DNA of 64,000 bases from Rhizaria sp. SCN 62-66 (taxonomy: Eukaryota): positions 124,001 through 188,000 of the forward strand of contig MEDY01000002.1 in the NCBI GenBank assembly GCA_001724265.1, given 5' to 3'. Both the position numbers and the translations under genes were made by a program. Under the pieces are notes generated by a model. It worked only from the letters and a program-made list of their open reading frames with translations. It was not told the DNA's origin and ran no database searches. Below are positions 48,201 to 59,416 of this stretch, one piece after another (the first letter of the stretch is position 1; each line of letters starts with the position of its first letter).

Positions 48201-51200
48201 CATCAACAGCAACATGATGATGGGCAATAATAATAATACCGCATTCCCCGGGTCCGATTTTTTCGGTCCCCTGCTTCCTCCGCCCGCGCCGCACCAAACT
48301 GGTCTCCCGTTCCCCACCAGCAGTCACGCGTACCGGCCGCGCTCGCGCACCCATGCTCCCAACAACACCACCAGCGGCGGCGCCTCGGTGACCGTGGGCA
48401 CCATGGGTACCGGGGGTGGTATCTCTGGCCTCGGGGCTGGTTTCGCTTTGATGCCAGCCTCCGCGGCCTCCGCCGCCGCGCTGTCAGCGCCTGGACTGTG
48501 CGCTGTTGCCGACCTCGCCAGCGCCGCTTCGCTCGAGGCGGCTTACATTCTCGCACAGTGGTGCGCGCCCGCGGCCTGGGGCGCCGGCCAGGACCTGCCT
48601 GCGCTGACGGCGCCGCCCGCGCCGCTGCCGCGCCTGCTGCCGACGGGCGGGGCCGTTGTTGTGGTCCCCGCGGCGGCGGTGTTGCGCGGCGACGGCGTCT
48701 ACCTGCTGTCTGTGCGCGCGGTCGGGGCGCGGCTGCGAGTCAAGTCGACGCTCATGGACGTGATCTCGTGCTCGTCGGGCTCCACCGTGGTGGAGGATCC
48801 GCCGACGATGTCCACGATGCAGCGGAAGCCGGTCAACAAGGCGCTCAGTACCACCACCAACGCGCTCGCGAACGCGCTGCTGTACGACAGCCCGTACTAC
48901 GACGACGCCACCGCCAACAACAACAACAGTGACAACGACTACTTCTCCACAGCGAACGGCGGCGCTAGCAGTCATACGATTGTGGGACTGACTGGCGCGG
49001 AGTTTTTCGGTCCCGCGAATCGCCATTTGTCGTTACTGACGGTCACGGCACCGGGCATTCGCCCCGCACGGCCCCCCGCGCCTCTGAACAACAGGTACGT
49101 TCCACTGTAATCTGACAACAAATTTAAGATTAGCTGGATATTTTCTAACTGAATGAAGTATTTGCTTTTGATTTGATGTTTCATATTTCATATCTTATTT
49201 TTGTTTTGTCAATGCACATCTTGAGGTATATTCAAACAATGTTGTTTTCCAGCCGCTTACACTTCAATCTCTGCCCTCATGTGCTTCGTATTTCAACCAA
49301 CTCATCACCCGCAGTTCTTCGAGGCGCCGCAGCGACTTTTTCGGTCCATCCGCGGCCACCCCTCTGGCGCAGAGTCCCCCCGCGCCCTTGTCCATCGCCA
49401 GCAACACCAACACTGGCACCGCCGCGGGCTCCGTGTTCATCGTCGGGACGACGCTCGCAGCGGCGGGCGCTGCCTCGGCGGCGGCTGGATGCGCCCCGAT
49501 CCACTTACAAACCGGTCTAAGTACCACGCCCGGCGTAAGTACCCCCGCGGTGAGTGTGAGTTTTGCGGTTTGCGCAGCGTACGGCTTCCTCGCCGCCCCG
49601 GCCGGCGGATGCTATGGCCGGACGCCCGCGGCCGCGGTGGCCGCCCGCCGCGCCCGGCTGCTGCAGTTAAACACGCTGCTGTACTCACACCAGCAGCAGC
49701 TTTCGTACCATTCCCAGCAGCAGCAGCAGCAACAGCAGCTGCAGTATCAACAACAACAGCAGCAGCAGGTTCTATGGCAAACTCCTTCTCAACAGCATCC
49801 GTCACAGCAACAGCAACCGGGACAGTTACAGGGACAGACTGTTTACGGCGCCAGCGACGGCTCTCCCGACCCCTTACCCGCCTTACTCTCTCTCGCCCAA
49901 CCCTATTCCCCCGCCGTCGCCGCCCTTCTCATCGCGTCCCACCCGCCTCTGCTGCTCGCCACAGCCACGGCCACTCTCCCGGCCCTTGCCACCGCCATCG
50001 CTACCGAACGCACTGCACTCGCCCGTGCGCGGTCGCGCTTAGATGCCGTCGAAGGGAAGATCTTTTCGGTCCTTGACACCTCCACCGCGGCTTTGCGCGA
50101 GGCGGGTGTGGTTTTACCCAGTATGTCCGTCGCAAGCCCATACGATTCCTCGGATAGCGGCTTAACTTCAGGAGCGAAGGGCGGCCTAACTTCCGCGCCA
50201 GGCAGCTTGACTTCCGCGCAAGATGCGATGTTACGCCGCCACGCGCGCGCCCGGTTTGAGAGCCGTGTTGTTGCGCTGTTGTTACACGGTTTAGACGTCA
50301 AGGAGTCGTATTTAGCACAACAACAAGCGACTGTCGTGCAACTAGCACTGACACTGGGCGGATTGGCGCAGGAGTTTGCTGTGACAATGGAGAACTATGA
50401 TTACAGCATTACAACTCTAAGTACTGCCTCCACGCAGCAGCCTTTGCCTGGTGTAAGTGGGAATGCCACACGTTTAGCTGGCGGAGTCATCCCGCCTGTC
50501 CCCTTAGCTGCCCAGAAGGCCGGCTATATCCAACAACAGCAACAACAGCAACAGCAACAATACGCTGGTGGTTTGCGCCCCCCCGTGCCCCTTGGCGCGA
50601 GCGTAAACACGGCCAGCAGCTCCGGCGGCGGCGTTCACGCCTTGTCACAGGCGCAGTTGCAGCAGTTGTCGCAGCTCCAGCAGCAGCGCCACTCCGCGGC
50701 CGCGCACTTCGCGTCTCTGGCGGCCGGAGCGCGCGCCGAGGCCGTCCGCACGCAGTTGGAGAACGATGCGGTGCTGCTGCGGCACGGGCGCGCGGCTGAG
50801 GGGGAGCTGGCTGCGCTGGCGGCCGCGGCCGGCTGGGCCACAGTCATCACGAGCAAGAGCTCGAGCGCGAGTACCAGAGGTACCGGCGGTACCACCGGTG
50901 CATGTGGCCCCTCGACTGCCGCCTGTACCGATGCGGTGAGTGCTGAGGTCGTGGTGTTGGATACCTCGGCGTTCTTTCCAGCGGCACAGAACAACGCGCA
51001 TAGCACAGCGCTCGTTGTTGCCAGTAGCAGTCGCCCCAGCACTCCGCGCATCGGCCCTGGCGCCGACCCTGGCGCTGCCGCTCTCAATAACCCTGCGAGT
51101 AGCAGTGGCGCGCCCGGCAACGGGTCTGTCGCGCCGCCGCCGATTCCGACGACGCCGCGCCGCACCAGCGTTGTTGCTGCGGCCGGCGCGAACTTTAACT

Positions 51201-54200
51201 TGAGCCGCTCTCAGACCCCGAGCAGCAGCAGCAGCAGCTCACAAGGACAGGGACCGGGGCAGTTGTCGCAGTCGCAAGTGCTGACGATTGCCCCAGGGGC
51301 TCTGATCCCTGGTGTGTCACCGACGGACCCCTGCGGCTTAATTTCCCTTTTGCTGTCCCCACATGGCACTCTCCCCGGTACGCGCACAGTGTCGTTCGTT
51401 GTCTCGAAACAAAACATCAATTGAAACTGAGTCATGATACCAACTATTTGATCTTTACCCGATTATATTATACTTCGCTCTCACGTTATCTCTCATTAAT
51501 TTTCTTTTTGTTTTTATGAAAATAGGTCAATTTTCATCGGCCGCAGCCTCTGCTTCCATGGCCGCCGCTGCCGCCGGTTACTACCCCAATCTGGCCACAA
51601 ACACTATCACCATCCCCGGCGGCCGCGCCACTCCGCTTGCCTACGCCCCAGCGCCCCCGGTTCCCACCGCAGCCCGGCCGTCCCTCTCCGCCGGAGCGGC
51701 AGGCGGCTTAACTTCCGTGGAGACCCCCGGATTAACTTCCGGTTCCGACGCCTCGCCGGCTGTTGTGGTGAGCAGCGAGGTTGCTCTCAGCACGCTTAAG
51801 GCAGGCACACTGGTTGATTTGCTCGAATACGCGCTTTTAGAGTTCAAGATTATCATTTACGACCCATCGCCGCAAATCGCTTCGGCGGCCGCTTTGTCTT
51901 TATTGCCGCTGTTGCAGCCGTTCGACTGGGAATGCCCGTTTCTGCCGCTCCTGCCCGCCGCGCTTCACACGGCGCTCGACTCCCCGGTCCCCGTGATCGC
52001 CGGTATCACGACGCTGCCAAGCTGGCTGCGCGGCCCGACTGATTTGCCGCTCGACACTGTGCTGTGGCTGCCGTCGCAGGGCCACGCACTGTGGGTGAAT
52101 CCGTACTTGCACTCGCGCACAGCTGGGCACACGTTGCTCCGCTCACGCTCCACTCTCCACGCCGCCGCCAACAACAACAACAGCAGCAACGCTGCGAGTA
52201 GTGGGAATAGCAACAACAGCAGCATTGCGAGCGCGATGCAGAAGCTTCCCCCTGAGCTGGGCACCGGCCTGGTCGGTGACGTCAACGACGACGTGTACGA
52301 CGCCGCCACGGCCCGTATCATCACCCCTACTCTGCCGCTGCGGCGCCGTCTGCTGGCTCTGCTGCAGCCGCTTGTGGCCGAGCTCGCGCGCGCCGCCGCG
52401 GGCGCCGCCGCCGCCGCTGACGCGCAGGCGGCGTGGGCGCTGGCCACTGACGCGGGTGCGGGAAGTCAGGTCGAGGCGGCCTTTCTCGCCGAGACCGCCT
52501 GGGCCCGCTCCGGCGCCAGCGCTGGCGGCGCGGGCACGCCGACGACGAGCACGGCCATGAGCGGCCTCACTGCGACAGCGGCCGACGCCGACGCCGCCGC
52601 CGCCACGGCCACGACCACGGCTGCCGCGCACGCCGCTGGCGTGCTGGATTACGACTTCGTGTACCGGTCACTCCTCGCGCACTACGGCGCGCTGTACACG
52701 GGCGCGGCGACGGCGACGACGACTACCGCCACGGGCCGCCTCTCGCCCTTCACGCCCACGGCCGCATACGTCGCCGCTGTAGATGCAATCACGGCGTGCG
52801 TCAACGGGTATCTCCTCGCGCTGGCGCTGCATTCGACGCGCACTGTCGTCGCCAACTCGATGGCGCTACACCAGGCGCTGTCCCCGGCCGCCTCCGCCGC
52901 CGCAGCAGCCGCTGCCGCCGCGAGCAGCAGCGCGGGCGCGGGTGGCATGTTTGGCATCTCGTTCAGCGGCGGCGGCGGCAGCGGCATTGGCGGCGGTTTT
53001 GCGACTCCCCAAGCGCGGCTAGACTTTCTGCACGCGCAGCTCGCGCGCGAGGATAAGCTGCGTCTTGCCGCAGCCTGCCAAGTGCTACCTGCCCTACACG
53101 CGCTCATCACCGGTGGACCCCTGGCCGGCCCGCCGCCGCCGCTGCCTGCGTTGCTGGCCCCGCTGCCAGTCGCGGTCTCCGCGGCGACCGCGGCTGGCGG
53201 GCTGGCCGTTGCGCCGCCGCAGTATTCGGCACTCACGCGTCCCCGTCTCGCGCGCGGCTTATCTTCCGCGGCAGGGAGCGGCTTGCCTTCCGACGGCGCC
53301 GCACGCTCGCCCTCGCTGCTCTCGCGCGGCAAATCCTGGGTGAAGAATCTGTTCTCTCCCTCCCGTAGCCGCCCCACGGCCGCAGACGCCGCGGCGACGG
53401 CGGCGGGCGCCGGTGTGCGCGTCGCCAGTGAAGTCACCGCGGCAGTGCCACGGGGCGCGCTGGTGCACCCCCTCGCGGCGGCGGCGCGGCTGCGGTGTGT
53501 GCCGTTCGCGGCTGACCCGGACCTTTCCGGCCTCAGCGCCGGCGCAGAAACTGGAGGGGGGAGCACCCCCTCCAGCTCTGGCTCTACTAGTGCGGTGAAT
53601 GGGTACCGTTTGCTCACGGCCGCCCCGTCGCGGTCGCTGATGCCGCTGCTGACCTCGGGGCTCGCCGCCGCCGCCGCGGCCGCCGCCAGCGCCACCGTGG
53701 CTTCCGGCCGGCCCGTCGCCGCGTCCCCGCTGGCGCTGACCCACGGGGACGACATGACGCTCGACGCTCTCTGCGCACCGCCGCTGTCCGCAGAGACCGT
53801 GGTGACCTCCCTGTTGCCACCACATTGGCCGCCGCTGCCGTCGGTCACCCCGCCGGCCTCCGCCTCCACCGCGGCGTCAGCGGCGGCAAACGCGGCGAGC
53901 GCCAGCGGCAGTGGCAACGGCAGCGGGGACGTGGACGCGTCTGCCGCGCTGGCGCCGCTGCCGCCCCAGTGCGACCTCGCGCTGCTGTCCGATCCCGACC
54001 TGGCGCCCGCCGCGACCGGCGCCGCCGCCGTGGCTGCACTCTACCCCGTCACCGAGCTGCTCTCTCAGTGGTCATTCGACGCCGCCGCGCCGTCCTTCAC
54101 AGCCGGCGAGCGGCTTTTCCTCTTCAAGTTTCGCGAAAAGGGCCAGCTGTTCCCGCACTGGCTCGAGTCGGCCGCCCAGCGCGCCGCCGACCGTACCGCC

Positions 54201-56399
54201 GCACTCGCGGGCACGGGTCCCACCGCCGCCGCGGAAGTTAGGCCGCAGGACCGGTGGTGGGCAACGGGCGGGTGGGACTGCCGGGCTCCTCTTACCGCGG
54301 GCACTGGCGCCGGTGCGGCTCACGGTCACTTTGCACAGTCGTCGGTGGGACCCGGGGCGACGGCTTACGGCGCGGGCCCCGGGTTCGGCTGGCCCCTGCC
54401 CCGCGCGGCGGCGGCGACGCTGAATATGCAGTCCGCGGCGGCGCAGAGCTCGGTGCTCGAGACCCACCGCTACTGGGGTCGGCTGCAGGCGGCTGCGGTG
54501 GCGGCGGAGGCGGCGGCAGTTGCGGCGGGGCGCGGCGTTGGCGGCGCGGCGGCGGCGATGGTCGCTGCTGCTGCTGTGTATAATGACCCTTACGCTGGCA
54601 TTCCGCCCACAACGAGCGCGAACGCTTACGCCAGCGGCGCCGAGACCAATGCTGGTGCGAGTGCGAGTGAGAGTGTGAATATGAGCACGGGATTTGGTGT
54701 GCGTCCGATCAACATCCCCCTCGCGCCGACAGTGCAGCAGCAGCAACAACTGAACAAGCAGATGTCGCAGTCGCAGCTTGTCCTACTCAACCAGTCTCAG
54801 ACGCAGCCGAATGCGCAGACTGCCCAACCGCATCAGCAGCCGAGTGTGCACCAGAGTCTGAACCAGAGTAGCGCTCAGGGTAATTTGCTGCAGCACGCAT
54901 CCCCGTCTGCCAATAATAGCTTTGCGCTGGGCCACCCGGCTGCCCACGGTCAGTCGGCCGGCGCCGGCCTGTTCGATCAGCAGCTGGGCCATGGCCAGGA
55001 CGACTCGCTCGTGCTTGCGCCTGCGGGGCTGGCCCAGTGGTTGCCGTTCCTCAACTCCGCCTCGGCCTCGCCGGCCCCCGGCGCCAACAACGCGAACAAC
55101 AACAACAATAACGACAACAACAATGCCGCGATGCCGTTTGCGCTCGGCTCCATCCCCCAGGCGCAGTCGCAGGCCCAGCTGCAGTCCCACGCGCCGCCGC
55201 CAATGGCGCCTCCGCGGACGCCGGCGCGGCCGATGTCTGCCGCGGGCGGGCGCCGGCCGCCGCCGCCGGTGCCGCAGTCAGCGCAGAAGCCCGGTGGGAG
55301 CGCCAGTCAGTTCCAATTCCAGCCGTTGTTTCTGCAACAGCCGCAGCAACCGCAGCAGCAGGCACAGACCCAGTGGCAACAACAACAGCAATGGCTTCAG
55401 CAACAACAGCAACAACAACAGCAAGGTCAGCAACAGCAGCAGGCGCTGGCGCAGACACAGGGGCAAGCTGCACAGCAGTGGAATAACGACGCTGGCCTGT
55501 TACAGTCATTCTCGACCCCTTTCCTGCCCACAATCACCGCCACCTCTGCCGCCAACGCCTCTGCCGCGGGCCTCGCGCCGCACAGCTTCACCACAGCGTC
55601 CACTGCTGCGCCTGCCCACGGCCACTTCCCGACCCACGGTCAGTTCCCTGCAGGCGGCGCTCATGGTCAGTTTGGCGGCGGTGGGCATGTGCCGGCCGCA
55701 GCGACTGCCAGCAGCGCGGCGAACTCTGCGCCAAATACTGCCACTGCTGCTGCTGTTGTTGGCGCGAGTAGCGCTGACACGATGGCGGCATTGTTGCAGC
55801 AGCAACAGCAACAGCATCAAGCAGCGTTGGCGGCATCACAGGCGCAGTCGCAGGCTCAGCTTTACAACGCGAGCAGTAGCGACAATAACGCGTATCAGCT
55901 GCAGCAGTTACAGCAGCTGCAACGACAGCAGCAACAGCTCCCTCAGTCGTTCTCAGCGGGCCCCTTACATCCGAGCACAGCGAATCCCGGTCTAAGTAGC
56001 TCTCCGATGCCCGACGCGCGCGGCACTCCCGGTCTCGGCGGCGCCAATGCGCAGATGGATCCGGCGACCCTGGTGCAGATGCTGCAGCAACAGCAGCAGC
56101 TGATCATGCTGCAGATGCAGATTCAGCAGCAACAGCAACAGCAACAGCAGCAAGGGCATGAACAGCAGGCGAACAGGAATATTAACGCTTTTGACATGAT
56201 CTCACCTTCTAGCTTTGCGAACAGCGACGGTTACCAGCAGCCCCAGTTCTCTCAGTCGCAGCAGCAGCAACAGCAGTTGCAACAGCAGCAGCAGCAGTAC
56301 TTGCTGCGGTCACTGCCGCAGTCAACAGTCGCGTCTCCGGGCCCGAGTGAGAGCGGCCTGGGTATGTTCGGCGGCTATCCTGGCTACCCACAGATCTGA
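38652..56399 (+). CDS. DENN-domain protein (putative Rab GEF) with very large low-complexity insertions. 5722 aa with read-through of the TAG at 40782. Exons 38652-46372, 46584-49094, 49315-51377, 51526-56399
   Basis: uDENN-like LFDQIIIV, ITFKYP, LLPFILP, VYGLTL. cDENN APRLLTVTSRYPFF and LLEFKIIIY...LLPLLQPFDWECPFLPLLPAALHTALDSPVPVIAGI. dDENN-like FLFKFREKGQLFPHWLE. Three AT-rich GT-AG introns with matching phases (2,2,1). GCCATG start and TGA stop. Confidence 0.85.
40782..40784 (+). other. In-frame TAG, putatively recoded (context QQLQLHEY*RQATAMLQQKQQ)
   Basis: Joins ORFs 38415-40784 and 40800-46421, which share a frame and lie 15 nt apart, inside a Q-rich region. Confidence 0.7.
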
Positions 56400-58511
56400 G
56401 CTTCTTGCTTAGCTTGAGTCTTCTTAATGAGCTTATTTGTTTTTATTTAGTATCAGATCGAATTTCTACTACACTTCCTTTGTAATCCTTCCTGATTTAG
56501 TATGGTCACCACATTCTTTTACAGTACAGTACTTGTCGTTAGAATACATTCCATTTTTCTTTACAGCCGACGCATGCGGAATAATTTTAGATTAGAATCA
56601 GCAGTTGCTGATGTGAAAAATACGGAGGATTTATTCTGGTTAGGCATATTGATAGATAACATCTTCTCATACGCGTTGTAATTATCTGTGTGCTGAGACT
56701 GTTTGTAGTTTAGCATTCCGGAACGAATCCGAAATGGAGTGTAGTAGTTGTACAGATTGAAATTTTCGTTATCGTTGTTGGGTCGCTTTTATCAGTCAGG
56801 TGAAGAGCCACGCTACATACGTACCATCCCATGAAAGGTGGTCCATATGATAACAACGAAAACAAGAAACTATTAACATAACATAACGTAGCAACACATA
56901 AAAAACGTGTGTGCGCGTATGCTGATGCAAATAAAAAATTTAAAGATAAGGTAAAGGACGAAAACGAACAGGTTGTTGTGGATTTGAAAAATGACAATTG
57001 TGACAATGCCGTTAAAGAATTGGCTTTACGGGACACAAAAGAAGCAACGGCTAAAGCACTAAAAGAAGAAACGTCAGATCTGTAAAAAGAAAGGAGAGAG
57101 CAAATAAACGAACGAGAAAACAAAGAAGAGTAACGACAAACACACAGGAGACATCGGACATTACGATGACGAAAGAGGGAGGAAGAGAGTGAGAAAAAGA
57201 GAGAAAAAGACAGATAGAAGTTGAAGCCAGTGTTGTCATTAGTCGAAATAAGTGAGGCAGAAAAGCTGCTGAAGCATGCTGTAAAGAAAAAAGGATTGAG
57301 GGTTGCTGTTGTAGATAAATTGACTGACTATGCGGGAAGTTGGCGATGAGAACGCGTGCCGCAACGTAAACGACAGTACACATCAGGTGCAGTGGGCACG
57401 TGGCGCTTAACGAGAACTAGCGTACAGTCCAGTCAATCCACACCCAAAGACACGATTGGATATGCGCAAGTACGCACGACTAGCCACAAGAGCAGCCGAG
57501 GCTGCAGACGCGTGGTGGCAGTGAAAAATGCACAAATCGTAACGTGTGAGATTAGAAACAGGACAAAGGAACGAAGTAGAAGTGGCGTACAGCGACACAC
57601 TCTGGTTTCTCATCGTGCGCAAGCGAGCAAGCGGAGAGAGTGAGATGTATCGCGACAGATGATGTAAGGGCGTAAGTGAGAGACAAAACAGGATGAAACA
57701 TGATAAGGGGAGATGTGGGTGTCAGGGGGAAATAAGAAAAAAGAGTATCGTCTACAGGGGTGCTTACTCAAAGACCTGTGGTTTTTGTTGCTGTTACGTA
57801 AACAAAACCGACAATCCGAGCGTTGTCTTTTGTCTCTCATCATCTTACGCTCGTTGTCCAAGCTACAGTGTGACTGAGGCAGTGGTAGCACAGCAAGAGT
57901 AACACGTGATTGTGGCCGTAAGAATGATTTATGTGACGAATGTACGACGTATTGCTACGACACTTGCGCGTCACAGTTACACATCAAAGGAGTCGTCATA
58001 TAGAACATTACAAACACGGGGCGCATGTGAAACATACACAAACACACAGTGTGACAAGGACGCTTGGAGTTGTGGGAGTTACGTTGAGATGTGCGATCAC
58101 AATTTTAGAGGAGATGCAAATCATTAATAATAAAAATAACATGTGGTCACAATGCTTCGAGCTGCTGCTAATCGAAGTGGTTCTAAAGCAAGATGACAAC
58201 AGTTGAATCGTGACTTAATGATCGTGAGGTCTCTGTCAAGGAGGAAAACGCATGAAAGATGCGGTAATGCGTTGAGTTGGCGTATTTTAAAGAAAACCAC
58301 GCAAAAAAAAAGTTTCAACGGCGAAAACGGCATCAAAAGGAAGTACAGCAACATGAACAACGACAATGACAGTGAGGAATGTCGAACGTTGCAAAACGAT
58401 CGAATTAGTGAGCGGCAAAAAATAAAAAGAAGATAACTCAGTGAGTTGTGATATACAAGCACCGTCAACCATTTCGAAAACGAGTGCAATTTGAGTGTTG
58501 ATATATGAATG

Positions 58512-58538
58512 AACAAACAAACAAACAAACAAACAAAC
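58512..58538. repeat. (AAAC)n microsatellite
   Basis: Directly visible, about 7 units, downstream of the DYRK stop. Confidence 0.85.
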
Positions 58539-59416
58539 GAGAGGAAAGAAACCAAGAGAGAAAAGAAATTGAGTAGATGAATATGAACAAAAACCCCGGA
58601 AAAACACACACACGCAAAACAAACATTGGTCGAACACCGGTCGACAAGACTAATGAGGCTCGATAATAAAAGAAACTTTCGCTCGCTCACTTGCTGTGTC
58701 TACGAGAGCATACACGAGCCAGAGGCTTAGTGTGCTGGGCTGGTGATGTAAGGCGAGGCTAGAGACTAGGTCTAGACTGAACTATCTTATTTTCTCTCGT
58801 TAACATAGTCAAAAGTTAGTGTCGTATACAGTAGTAAACCAATGTTTTAGTTCTGAAAAGGCGGAGGAAGGGACAGTTTGACAGCAAAAATGAAAAACAA
58901 GGGAGGGAAGAAACGGGGAAGAGAAAACCAACTGACAAGAAAAGAAACCAGAGCGGACCAACACAATAATTACACAATAATTAGAGTGTAATCGTATTGA
59001 AACTAACATTACACGAAAACAAATAAGAAATCTGATTCATTGGGCGGCGGCAGTTGTTGCCATCGCCGCATCACAAAAACAGCAGCCAAGAAGCCTCTGT
59101 GAGCAGAAACACAAGAAACACATGATTTGTGTGTCGGATTGAATCAACAGATAAACAAAAACAAAAAACAGTATGGTGATGAATAATGATGATGATAATG
59201 ATTATTGCTGACATGAGAATATGACATGACGAAGATGAAGACCGAAAAAGAGTGAACACAAACCAAAAGAAAAGTGAGAAAACGAATAAACACCAAAAAG
59301 AGAGATACATTGGTCTGAGTAAATCAACACAAAATACGAGTGGGTGAGGAGTGAAAAAGCACAGCAGGATTTTCGAAGCGAATCGAGTGGCCGCTATCAT
59401 CATAGACTAATCAGAC

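Noticed and set aside
10013-56399. Calling the TAG-containing genes pseudogenes
   Set aside because: No frameshifts, no internal TAA/TGA, and intact splice sites and motifs over tens of kb. Decay should not produce only TAG. Not formally excluded without reads.
59044-59069. Small GC-rich hairpin downstream of the DYRK stop
   Set aside because: Short, bulged and single-copy, with no supporting evidence.
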